Part shown: in pieces, positions 27,158 to 36,240 of the stretch
Numbering within the stretch: the stretch's first letter is position 1
How the letters are laid out: each line of letters starts with the position of its first letter
Sequence record: MK962756
DNA: 64,000 nucleotides
Source: Shigella phage JK42
Reading direction: 5' to 3' (one strand)
Notes under the pieces: generated by a model
The model's input: only the letters and a program-made list of their open reading frames with translations
What the model was told of the DNA's origin: nothing
Databases searched by the model: none
Position numbers and translations under genes: made by a program

Positions 27158-28827
27158 TGATGAGTGATATCGCCACCGATTGGACGATAGGAAACACCAG
27201 TTTCTTTATCAGTTAGTACCCATTTACCAGGATTTTTTGTAATCAGAGTAGCCGTTACAGGTTCTGCTACGTCATAACTAATAGAGCCGTCCTGAAGTAC
27301 ACGGCCCATGTTACGTAATTGCTTAGTCAGAAGTTCCATACCTTTATAATATGCGGCTACCGCTTTAAGTGGATTATTCTTGAAATAACCACCTAATGCA
27401 ATCCAGATAATTGCCACTGCCAAATGATGATACTCGTTAAACGAACTCATCTTTCCATATTTGTAAACTAATGGATTGATGTTAATAGTCACATTACAAG
27501 TTGTTTCATCAATAGTAAACTGCCCCCAGGTCGGATTAGCATTGAATTCATCATAACCTGAAACAGCATAAAGCACTTTAGCTTCATCATACAATTTTGG
27601 CCCGTAAATCTTGGTTTCGCCAAAATATCCACGAGGGTCGATAAACTTGACTTCGCCGTTATCAGTAATCATAGTATTACTGAAGTTCGGGTCACCATGA
27701 ATAACAGAGTACTGTCCCTGAGAACGGTTATGATAACGAATAAGGTGTTCTAAAGCTTGTTTCAGCATTGGCTTCAGACGTCCAATCTTAGTGTAGTTCA
27801 CATGTGTGATTTTACCAAATGAATCAATCAATGGTTGAATGCTTTCACAACGATCAATAACTTTCGTATAGAATTCTTTAGTGAAATCACGACGAACAGT
27901 TTCAGGACTTACAAAATAAGTGTCTGTGCTGAATTTCAGTGCATCTAAAATTGCATCAATAATTTGTGGACGAGCAAGACTTGATTTTGATTTAATATAT
28001 TCAAATGCCGGCTTACCTTTAATGCGTTCCATTTCAAAGTTATTTTCATTAACAGAAACTAACTGAGGAACTGAATCTGATTTCACTTTCAAATACCACG
28101 AAATCTCATCTTTCTGAAGAGCTCGACCATGTTCGGTTAATGCGAATTTAGTTACAGTTTCTTCGCCAATTTCAACTGCATTAAAACTACGATTAAGTTC
28201 ACGAACTTCATGAGCCTTTTCAAGTTTAGGCATATCACCTAAATCAATTATATTCATAAGCTCTGATTTATTGAATGCGCTGCCGTAAAGGAATTCTACG
28301 AAATCACGTCCTTTGCAGTATTCATGAATTTCCTCATCGGTAGAACCCATATAGAATTCCCAGTCTTTGAACTGATAAATTCCTACAACATTACCACCTG
28401 TTGAACCTACGTTAGTGATATTTTCACCGTCGAAATTATATCGACATTCGTCACCCTTAACATAGATTGCGTTAACATTCCAAGACCATGAACCAAAATC
28501 AGGAATAATATCACACCAGTTAACAATTACATTATGGCCGTCTAAATCTTTGTGTAATTTAGCAAGAGCATAAGCAGAACCATACGCTTCATCAACTGTA
28601 CGAATAGTCACATTGAACCCTTCTTGCTCACAATAAGCTCGAACAGTTTCAGCAAATTTTGAATGAACTACTACAATAATTTCATCTGCGCCAAGGTCAG
28701 AATAAATTGTATACAAATTGCTCAGAATAGTGTCTTGTTTATAATTAACAAGCACCTTAGGAATATGATGCGTTATTGGATACAAACGAGTTGCCAGTCC
28801 AGCACCAAGAATAACAGCTTTTTTCAT
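27142..28827 (-). CDS. bifunctional sugar-1-phosphate nucleotidyltransferase (N-term) / APH-fold anomeric sugar kinase (C-term)
   Basis: 561 aa; N-term MKKAVILGAGLATRLYPITHHIPKVLV resembles RmlA/MurU-type NTases; C-term ...VIHGDPNFSNTMITDNGEVKFIDPRGYFG is the HGDxxxxN...D kinase motif of APH/choline-kinase/AmgK-type kinases. Confidence 0.7.
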   Translation of the reverse strand: MKKAVILGAGLATRLYPITHHIPKVLVNYKQDTILSNLYTIYSDLGADEIIVVVHSKFAETVRAYCEQEGFNVTIRTVDEAYGSAYALAKLHKDLDGHNVIVNWCDIIPDFGSWSWNVNAIYVKGDECRYNFDGENITNVGSTGGNVVGIYQFKDWEFYMGSTDEEIHEYCKGRDFVEFLYGSAFNKSELMNIIDLGDMPKLEKAHEVRELNRSFNAVEIGEETVTKFALTEHGRALQKDEISWYLKVKSDSVPQLVSVNENNFEMERIKGKPAFEYIKSKSSLARPQIIDAILDALKFSTDTYFVSPETVRRDFTKEFYTKVIDRCESIQPLIDSFGKITHVNYTKIGRLKPMLKQALEHLIRYHNRSQGQYSVIHGDPNFSNTMITDNGEVKFIDPRGYFGETKIYGPKLYDEAKVLYAVSGYDEFNANPTWGQFTIDETTCNVTININPLVYKYGKMSSFNEYHHLAVAIIWIALGGYFKNNPLKAVAAYYKGMELLTKQLRNMGRVLQDGSISYDVAEPVTATLITKNPGKWVLTDKETGVSYRPIGGDITHQWERI

Positions 28828-28868
28828 GTTGAAGTCCTCATTGGTAAGTAGGAGTATTGTACACTATT

Positions 28869-29012
28869 CTAGTTAAAGCATTCATACTTTGCTTGTAGTC
28901 CAATCATAATCCATCCAATTACAAGTGTTGGAATCATTACCGGAGCCGTTAAGCTCCAGTAGATAGTCATGACAAGCATCAATAGTAAAAGTCCTATTGT
29001 TATTGCTTTCAT
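28869..29012 (-). CDS. small predicted membrane protein
   Basis: Hand translation: MKAITIGLLLLMLVMTIYWSLTAPVMIPTLVIGWIMIGLQAKYECFN (47 aa); start overlaps the SIS gene stop (ATGA); below the ORF-track cutoff. Confidence 0.3.
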   Translation of the reverse strand: MKAITIGLLLLMLVMTIYWSLTAPVMIPTLVIGWIMIGLQAKYECFN

Positions 29013-29644
29013 TGTTCGCCTCGTAACATGGCACCTAGTGCACCGCCTGGATGGAACTTAAGGAAATCATTAGAGGTAAATCCACGTTCAGACGAAAGGT
29101 TGATAGCAAACGTATCGATAAGTGCTAACAACAATGTAGTGGACATCGTCGGAGCTAAAGAGTTCTCGTCAACTTCTACCGCGATACCGGTGCAGAACGT
29201 ATAATCAAAAAGAGCTTCGTATTCTTGTGGAATGTCAGGGTTACAATGTAACAGAATCTGTTTAACCTGAGGACGAATCATACGAAGATGTTTAGCAACA
29301 CCTATCATTTCTTCAGTTTTACCAGAACGACTAATATGAATCAACACGTCATTAGGCGCAATAAATCCTGCGTCACCATGAGAATAATGCCCGGTGTTCA
29401 AATACATGCTAGGAATACCTAGTGAAGCAAAAGTCTCGGAAGCTTTAGTTGCGATATTAGCATTCTTACCAACACCTGTAATAATTACCCGGCTTTCATA
29501 ATTACTAAGTCCAGGGCGTCGAAGAGTTTCTAGAATAGCATTATAACGAGCAGGGTTTTGACTAATTACTTTAGCCATAGTGGCAAGAGATGAAGCTTGT
29601 TTTACGATTGCGTCAATAGCGATAGTAATAGGAGTAGTTTTCAT
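29009..29644 (-). CDS. SIS-domain sugar-phosphate isomerase, KdsD/GutQ-like (arabinose-5-phosphate isomerase) without CBS domains
   Basis: 211 aa; VIITGVGKNANIATKASETFASLGIPSMYLNTGHYSHGDAGFIAPNDVLIHISRSGKTEE aligns with the remembered KdsD SIS core (GMGKSGHIGKK...HGDLGMV...ISNSGES). Confidence 0.7.
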   Translation of the reverse strand: MKTTPITIAIDAIVKQASSLATMAKVISQNPARYNAILETLRRPGLSNYESRVIITGVGKNANIATKASETFASLGIPSMYLNTGHYSHGDAGFIAPNDVLIHISRSGKTEEMIGVAKHLRMIRPQVKQILLHCNPDIPQEYEALFDYTFCTGIAVEVDENSLAPTMSTTLLLALIDTFAINLSSERGFTSNDFLKFHPGGALGAMLRGEQ

Positions 29645-29684
29645 ATTTCTCTCATTTAATTAGTTGGCCGTCCTTGGCATTATA

Positions 29685-30114
29685 TCAAAAATCAAACATA
29701 TCGAACAGAGATGCTTTCTTCTCGTAATCGAGTTTAGCTGCTGATGTGAATCCTTCAAGTGGTTTAATAAATGTCTTCTCAAGGAGAACAGTGTAGTCCA
29801 TCCAATGAAGTACATCGTCTTTAATTAAATCTGTGATTTCAGTACCAGAAGGCCATGCGATACATTTATCACCGAATGGGTTTCCTTCACGTAAAGGCAG
29901 AACATATACTTTTTCACCTTCTACAACTTGTGGTGCATCAATATTACCTTTGATAGCTCGGTTATATGTCAGAATTCCACGTATATGGAACGGGCATTTA
30001 GGACCCGGGAATCCACCTACGTCGTATTTAGCAATGTTATTCGCAGAAGATACCGACGCGATGCTAATATAATTCAATTGACGGAATTCTTTTTCAAACT
30101 CTTTAAAATATTCT
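29685..30114 (-). pseudogene. detached 3' segment of gene 43 encoding the polymerase C-terminal region and clamp-binding tail
   Basis: In the polymerase frame this segment encodes ...EGFTSAAKLDYEKKASLFDMFDF, the expected gp43 C-terminus; separated from the main ORF by the duplication. Confidence 0.6.
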
Positions 30115-30502
30115 ACTTCATTGGATGGCTGATGTGAATCCTTCAAGTGGTTTAATAAATGTCTTCTCAAGGAGAACAGTGTAGTCCATCCAATGAAGTA
30201 CATCGTCTTTAATTAAATCTGTGATTTCAGTACCAGAAGGCCATGCGATACATTTATCACCGAATGGGTTTCCTTCACGTAAAGGCAGAACATATACTTT
30301 TTCACCTTCTACAACTTGTGGTGCATCAATATTACCTTTGATAGCTCGGTTATATGTCAGAATTCCACGAATATGGAACGGGCATTTAGGACCCGGGAAT
30401 CCACCTACGTCGTATTTAGCAATGTTATTCGCAGAAGATACCGACGCGATGCTAATATAATTCAATTGACGGAATTCTTTTTCAAACTCTTTAAAATATT
30501 CT
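29740..30502. repeat. 375-bp direct repeat, two copies (29740-30114 and 30128-30502), joined by a 13-bp spacer
   Basis: Read directly: copies identical except one mismatch (t/a near 29986/30374); the spacer acttcattggatg is the reverse complement of catccaatgaagt found inside the repeat; period 388 bp is not a multiple of 3. Confidence 0.9.
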
Positions 30503-32784
30503 TGTAATGATTCTTCACCTTCTTGAAGCATACGACGAATACATTCTTTAAGAGCTTTCTGTACTGCTTTAGGGGTCGAAGATTTCTGAGTCTCTAGACC
30601 CATGATTTTGAGTTTAGGCTCAGCGTATCTGGTTCCTTCCATATCCCACACGTTTAATGCATAACGTTTCTTACCAGTCCAGAATCCACCAATACCTTTA
30701 GAACCGAGCGGAGGACCAGCGATAGCTTCTCGGTCCATGAACATTAAGTGTTGTTTATTGTTCATGTATTCACACATTTCACGGAAACCTTTATCAATAG
30801 CTGGTTCCATACGTTCACGAGCGAACTTATCTAAGAAGTCTACCCAATGGTTGGTATCACGGAATTTAGATTCACCAACCTTATCAATAATTTTATCTGC
30901 AGATACGTAAATGGAGTCTGTATCACCATATAGAACGAAAGCTTCACCTTCTGTACCACAAACTTCATTCAGATATTCATTAACTTTACGTTCAATCCAC
31001 TGTAAAGCCATTTGTCCGAATGTTGTGATTGCAGTAGCATTACGCAAATCATAATAACGGAACCAAACGTTGCCAAGTGCACCATAAAGTGAGTTGATAA
31101 GCAATTTACGGTTAATTTGTGCGGTCATACCTGCAACTTCAGTACGTTGAGCTCTAAACAACATTTCATTAAGAGATTTAGCAGACAACTTTTTAATCTT
31201 TTCTTTAATCTCATCACTGAAGTCGAAACGATAATCAACATCTAATGGTTCGTCAACAGAAAGATTAGGATTATGCAATGCCTCTTTAATTATTTCGCCG
31301 TTACGTTGAGCCGCAAGCATGTAACCTTTATGTTCTTTACGTTGATTAAAGACCTTAGTGATTTCAGTTGGAACTACACCATCACGGTCTTTATAATACA
31401 TCATGCCGTTAGGAGAGCAACTGTACACATCTGAAGGACGTTCAGCGATTGCGTTAATATAATCATGCAGTGGAGCTACTTTAAACGTTCCTGCTATTGT
31501 TTCCGGGCTAATATTCACTTGGCGAATAATACTTGGATACAGAGATGTAAGGTCGAAACTCATTACATATTTGTATCGATTTGGAATAGGTTCCTTAACA
31601 AAAGCGCCAGGATAAGGTTGAACCGGGTGAGAACGACCTTGTGGAATCACCTTGTTTTGTTCTTTAAGGCTATTAAAAATAATAGCATCCCAAGTTTTAA
31701 TTGGACTGAACACAGATTGAATCTGAATTTTAGCATAATAACCCATGTCCAAGCTCAAGTTGATGAACTGACGCTTAGAATCAATTTGCAATACACGATA
31801 CACGTCGATAATGTTATAAGAAATATATCGTTGGTGATTGCTTTCACGAAGCTTAGAAATAGGGCCGTCATATTTCAGTTTACCAACGTTCAATTCAAAT
31901 TCTGAAATGTAATCCAGAGAATACGACGGTTGATTGGTAAAAGAGAATTTTTTGTAAAGGTCAATGTAATCAAGAACAGAGATACCGAACAATGTAATGA
32001 TTTCACGAGAACCATACATGTTTTCGATAACTTTAACACGAGTTTTACGATGTGGCGATAAACGTTTCGCAGTAGATTCGCCAAAAATATTCTTGATTCG
32101 GTTATACACATATGGAATATCAAATGACTCAACGTTCCATCCAGTCAAAATGACAGGAGTTTTCTGTTGCCAGAAGTTGAGATATTCCATCAACAATTCT
32201 TTTTCGTTATCGAACGGCATATAAATGATTTTATCGATAATTTCAGATGGAACTTCATCACCGCCTTGTTCTTGAAGCTTAGCAGCGATTTCAATAGACC
32301 ATTCTTCTACATTACCATATGGAGAATTCAATAGATCAAATACGTAGAACCTGTCGTCAATTGAGTCATAATGGGTGATAGCATCAATCGGATGTTTTGC
32401 TTGTGACGGCTCAGGGAACCCATCCGGAGATGTTACTTCGATGTCGAAGTTAGCCACACGAATTTTTGTATGGTCGTATTTGATTTCATAGTTATAAGTG
32501 TCAGACAAATACGCCAATTTGAAATCGTCCATGCCAAGTGCTTCAAGTCCGATATCTTCCATGCGTTTAATCCATTGGGAGGCATCACGCATATTAGCGA
32601 ACAGCTTACGAGTACACGGCTTACCGTAGATATCGAAATATTTCGTAGCCTGACTTTCTGGACAATGAGCAAACAGTGATGGTTTATATTCTACTTCACG
32701 AGTACGTTCACGGCCATTAGAATCGATGTAACGTTCAAAAATTGAATCACCAATCTGTTCAACCGTTAAGTAAAATTCTTTCAT
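30118..32784 (-). CDS. 43: DNA polymerase (family B), C-terminally truncated by the duplication frameshift
   Basis: 888 aa; MKEFYLTVEQIGDSIFERYIDSNGRERTREVEYKP... matches remembered T4/RB69 gp43; the ORF ends ...EGFTSAIQ instead of the clamp-binding tail. Confidence 0.9.
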   Translation of the reverse strand: MKEFYLTVEQIGDSIFERYIDSNGRERTREVEYKPSLFAHCPESQATKYFDIYGKPCTRKLFANMRDASQWIKRMEDIGLEALGMDDFKLAYLSDTYNYEIKYDHTKIRVANFDIEVTSPDGFPEPSQAKHPIDAITHYDSIDDRFYVFDLLNSPYGNVEEWSIEIAAKLQEQGGDEVPSEIIDKIIYMPFDNEKELLMEYLNFWQQKTPVILTGWNVESFDIPYVYNRIKNIFGESTAKRLSPHRKTRVKVIENMYGSREIITLFGISVLDYIDLYKKFSFTNQPSYSLDYISEFELNVGKLKYDGPISKLRESNHQRYISYNIIDVYRVLQIDSKRQFINLSLDMGYYAKIQIQSVFSPIKTWDAIIFNSLKEQNKVIPQGRSHPVQPYPGAFVKEPIPNRYKYVMSFDLTSLYPSIIRQVNISPETIAGTFKVAPLHDYINAIAERPSDVYSCSPNGMMYYKDRDGVVPTEITKVFNQRKEHKGYMLAAQRNGEIIKEALHNPNLSVDEPLDVDYRFDFSDEIKEKIKKLSAKSLNEMLFRAQRTEVAGMTAQINRKLLINSLYGALGNVWFRYYDLRNATAITTFGQMALQWIERKVNEYLNEVCGTEGEAFVLYGDTDSIYVSADKIIDKVGESKFRDTNHWVDFLDKFARERMEPAIDKGFREMCEYMNNKQHLMFMDREAIAGPPLGSKGIGGFWTGKKRYALNVWDMEGTRYAEPKLKIMGLETQKSSTPKAVQKALKECIRRMLQEGEESLQEYFKEFEKEFRQLNYISIASVSSANNIAKYDVGGFPGPKCPFHIRGILTYNRAIKGNIDAPQVVEGEKVYVLPLREGNPFGDKCIAWPSGTEITDLIKDDVLHWMDYTVLLEKTFIKPLEGFTSAIQ

Positions 32785-32865
32785 TTAATTTCCTTTAGAC
32801 GAGTTATTGTCTTTTGTTTGTTGATGAACTTATTATACTCCAAATGGGACCGAAGTCCCATTGCT

Positions 32866-33243
32866 TTAATTACCAATTGTATATTTTGCTTTCAAAGTCC
32901 AGTCATCTTTCTGTTTAAAAGATATAACACGGAAGTTATTAGTCAGGCCAAACAGATCTTCACGAGCAGAGTCTTCAATAACAATCAAGCCCCAGTCTTC
33001 AAGCAACTGAGCAATCGAATCACGTCGTTGGTAGTCTTCACCATCAATATCAACCTGACGTCCGTCCATACGCAACATTTCTTTAAAGTGGACGATGTAG
33101 TATTTACCTTGCTTTTGGAGGATATGACAGGACTGATAAAGAACTTTATCCTTGTTATTAGCGATGCCCATACGGGTCAAAGTCTCTTTGACTTTCAGAA
33201 AATCTTCAGGGTTCTTCAATTTAATTTCAATCATTTTTACCAT
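32866..33243 (-). CDS. regA: RegA translational repressor
   Basis: 125 aa; ...[35 protein letters not shown]...[11 protein letters not shown]... matches remembered T4 RegA. Confidence 0.9.
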   Translation of the reverse strand: MVKMIEIKLKNPEDFLKVKETLTRMGIANNKDKVLYQSCHILQKQGKYYIVHFKEMLRMDGRQVDIDGEDYQRRDSIAQLLEDWGLIVIEDSAREDLFGLTNNFRVISFKQKDDWTLKAKYTIGN

Positions 33244-33800
33244 TCCAATGCTAATTTTTTAAATTGTTTTTGTTCTTTCACATTTTTTGTAACTTCTTTG
33301 AGAAACTCATCAGTGACCATGGCCTTCAGTTCTTTAAGGACTATTGGCAACTTGTTATTTTTTTCAAGGAGCCGCTTATACTCGGTAGCATCATTCATGT
33401 TGATTGTGTAATGTTTCATCAACAGTTTGATAACTAGTAACTCTGAAGTGTCTTCAACTAGTTTAGCCCATTTAGAGAATCGACGACCACGCGGAATTGC
33501 AGCCATCATATAGTTGAAGTGCGCTTCATCACTTAATTCAGAACCGACTAAGTTCATCATGTAAACAGCTGGCATACATTCCGGGAACTGGGATAATGAG
33601 TTCTCAACCATAAATTTTGAGTAGTCGACCTGAGCAATTGACATAGATTTCTTTTCATTAATAGCATTAATGATTTTAAAGAATTCATTCTCAGGTTTTT
33701 CTTTAAACATATCAGCACATTTTTGAATCGCATCAGCGTCATTAGACTTCCATGCAATTTGGTGCTCGTTAAGCTGGACGTCATCATCGAATAAGTTCAT
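33237..33800 (-). CDS. 62: clamp loader small subunit
   Basis: 187 aa, same length as T4 gp62; position between regA and 44. Confidence 0.8.
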   Translation of the reverse strand: MNLFDDDVQLNEHQIAWKSNDADAIQKCADMFKEKPENEFFKIINAINEKKSMSIAQVDYSKFMVENSLSQFPECMPAVYMMNLVGSELSDEAHFNYMMAAIPRGRRFSKWAKLVEDTSELLVIKLLMKHYTINMNDATEYKRLLEKNNKLPIVLKELKAMVTDEFLKEVTKNVKEQKQFKKLALEW

Positions 33801-33801
33801 A

Positions 33802-34764
33802 TTATTTCCAAGTTAGTTCGCAGGTCAGTTGAAGAAGCATATACATAACATGTAATTCAATATTACTTGCTAATCCATGAAACTTATTATTTTCGCCTGC
33901 AATTTCATAAAGCGAAATAATACTTTTACCTGGTGCAACTTTGTCATAACACTCAGAAACTAATTTATCGATGAACCATGAATAATCTGCGGCATATTTT
34001 GGAGCTAATGCACGAAGCTGTTTGATATCTTTGTTCTTCATTGCTTCGATAACATCAGAGACTGTGCCACGGTCATTAGTTACGATAGACAAAATACCCG
34101 CATCAAGAACACCTTTAGATGAGTACTGGTCTAATTGGCCAATTGTACGACGAAAGTCCGGGAAGTTCTTTTTAACCAGAGCTGCAACAACTTTCATATC
34201 AGCGATTTCGATATTTTCGTTCTTACAGATTTCAACCATGCGATGAATCATTTTCTTCATCATTGAGATTTTATCTTCTTCGGTTGGACGTCCGAATTCG
34301 ATAACTCGACAACGACTACGTAACGGTTCGATAATTCCATCGATGTTGTTGGCAGTAATAATAATAGAACAGTTACTAGAGAATTCTTCCATGAATGTAC
34401 GAAGGTGACGTTGTGATTCGGCGAGGCCACTACGGTCAAATTCATCAATAACAATAACTTTAGGCTTGCCTTCCATTGAGACTGAACGAGCGAATGCAGT
34501 TAACGGACCACGCACAAAATCAATCTTACAATCAGAACCGTTGACGAACATCATTTCGGCATTGATATCATTACATAATGCTTTTGCTACGGTTGTTTTA
34601 CCTGTACCAGGAGATGGAGAGTGTAAAATAATATGAGGAAGTTTTCCTTTAGATACTAAAGACTTGAATGTTTCATGGTCATACGCAGGCAGAATACATT
34701 CGTCAATGGAAGAAGGACGATATTTCTGTTCTAGAATGTGTTCTTTGGAATTGATAGTAATCAT
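33802..34764 (-). CDS. 44: clamp loader AAA+ ATPase subunit
   Basis: 320 aa; Walker [11 protein letters not shown]; Walker B VIVIDEFD; position. Confidence 0.9.
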   Translation of the reverse strand: MITINSKEHILEQKYRPSSIDECILPAYDHETFKSLVSKGKLPHIILHSPSPGTGKTTVAKALCNDINAEMMFVNGSDCKIDFVRGPLTAFARSVSMEGKPKVIVIDEFDRSGLAESQRHLRTFMEEFSSNCSIIITANNIDGIIEPLRSRCRVIEFGRPTEEDKISMMKKMIHRMVEICKNENIEIADMKVVAALVKKNFPDFRRTIGQLDQYSSKGVLDAGILSIVTNDRGTVSDVIEAMKNKDIKQLRALAPKYAADYSWFIDKLVSECYDKVAPGKSIISLYEIAGENNKFHGLASNIELHVMYMLLQLTCELTWK

Positions 34765-34839
34765 GTAATTTTCCTCATTATCATTAAACTGGAGGATTTC
34801 TCCTCCATAATCGTATCACAATAAACGTAAAGCTTTGAC

Positions 34840-35526
34840 TTAGAAGTCGTGAGTAGAATCGGCTTCCATCGCAATAACATAACTTACTTGAGAGCTTTCA
34901 AACTTAGCTGCAACTTTATCACCAGCTCCCCACAACATTACTTTATAGTTACCTGGCTGGATTTTCATATTAGCCATATTGATTACGAAGTTAAAGTTAT
35001 TAGAACCGTCATAATCAGTAAGAGTCAAAGAATACTTAGGACGAGTTAGTCCGGAATCTTCAACTTTATTATAGCCATTGATAACAATTTTACCATCTTT
35101 ATTTGTAATAGCAATTGTATCAATCTGAAGTCCACGTGAAACTCGAAGCAATTGTTGAAGGTCTTCAGCTTTAATTTCAGTAATCACAGAAGCCACTGGG
35201 AATTGAATTGGCTTATTAGGAAAAACAATGGTGCTCTTGTCAGCGGCAGGCCAATAAACTGTGGAACGTGTATCTGCAATTTTAATATTGCCATCAGTAT
35301 GCATTGAAATTTCGGCATCATCAGACACTAGACTCAAAATGCTTAAGAAGCTATTCAAATCATAAAGTGCTACGTCAAAATCAATTTCATCAGAGATATT
35401 TGCTTCCGCATAAGTGGTGCCATTAACTGCACGAGTCATAATAAATTTACCTTGACTCAGCAGAATGCCAGAGTTAATAGAGGCAAAGTTTTTCAGAATA
35501 GCGATAGTATCTTTAGACAGTTTCAT
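34840..35526 (-). CDS. 45: sliding clamp
   Basis: MKLSKDTIAILKNFASINSGILL... matches remembered T4 gp45; start taken at the second ATG. Confidence 0.88.
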   Translation of the reverse strand: MKLSKDTIAILKNFASINSGILLSQGKFIMTRAVNGTTYAEANISDEIDFDVALYDLNSFLSILSLVSDDAEISMHTDGNIKIADTRSTVYWPAADKSTIVFPNKPIQFPVASVITEIKAEDLQQLLRVSRGLQIDTIAITNKDGKIVINGYNKVEDSGLTRPKYSLTLTDYDGSNNFNFVINMANMKIQPGNYKVMLWGAGDKVAAKFESSQVSYVIAMEADSTHDF

Positions 35527-35568
35527 TTTATTTCCTTTCAAGACAATTCAAAGTTTATAACAAATTTA

Positions 35569-35985
35569 TTATGCAGCAACCATCTGCTTTTTAATAGCTT
35601 CAGGCAGTGATTCAATATATTCTGGAATTTTAGAAGCAACAATTTCGCCAGCTGCAATTAGTTGTTCGTCGGCATCAACACAGTAAAAATCTTCAAGGCG
35701 TTCAGAACCGTCTTTATCAAGAACGATTTTAGCACCTGCTTCGATAGAATCTTTATAGTGCTTACGCATCAAATGAATCCACATATCCGACACATCGTTA
35801 TCAATAAAACCATAAATCATAAAACGAGTTTCTTGTGGCAAAGATTGGAGTTTTTTAGCACTTGCGTCATCACAATGCAGGACCCATGCTTTACGAACAC
35901 GATTATGGTTATGCGGGTTAGCGTCAGTACGGATAGAAGTAACTTTCAGATCAGCAGCGGTAAAACCTTTAGCAGTAGTAAACAT
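35569..35985 (-). CDS. rpbA: RpbA-like RNA polymerase-binding protein (by position)
   Basis: 138-aa ORF between 45 and 46. Confidence 0.45.
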   Translation of the reverse strand: MFTTAKGFTAADLKVTSIRTDANPHNHNRVRKAWVLHCDDASAKKLQSLPQETRFMIYGFIDNDVSDMWIHLMRKHYKDSIEAGAKIVLDKDGSERLEDFYCVDADEQLIAAGEIVASKIPEYIESLPEAIKKQMVAA

Positions 35986-35997
35986 ATTATTTCTCTC

Positions 35998-36198
35998 TTA
36001 TTCGTAGAAGTCGGTAACTGTCCATGCGGAATTGCGATTAGACATTATTTTATTATACTCATCTTTAAAAGCAGATTTGAGCATTTGTTCAGTGACAATA
36101 TGTTCTTCACCTGAAAACGTATTGGTCAAAACATATTTTTTAATTTCAGGGACAACGAGAAGATGTTGTCCAGTTGAATACTCCATGTTGTTCTCCAT
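35998..36198 (-). CDS. hypothetical small protein
   Basis: 66-aa ORF. Confidence 0.4.
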   Translation of the reverse strand: MENNMEYSTGQHLLVVPEIKKYVLTNTFSGEEHIVTEQMLKSAFKDEYNKIMSNRNSAWTVTDFYE

Positions 36199-36240
36199 TT
36201 AATTTGATGTGGTCATTATAACCACATCGTGTTAAAGCGT

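Noticed and set aside
29833-30460. Two identical 79-aa plus-strand ORFs (29833..30072 and 30221..30460)
   Set aside because: Their identity is a by-product of the 375-bp direct repeat; both are antisense to gene 43 sequence and are not independent genes.
29740-30502. Possible CRISPR-like or satellite repeat array
   Set aside because: Only two long copies with a 13-bp spacer inside a coding region; no short repeat-spacer periodicity anywhere in the window, so no CRISPR call.
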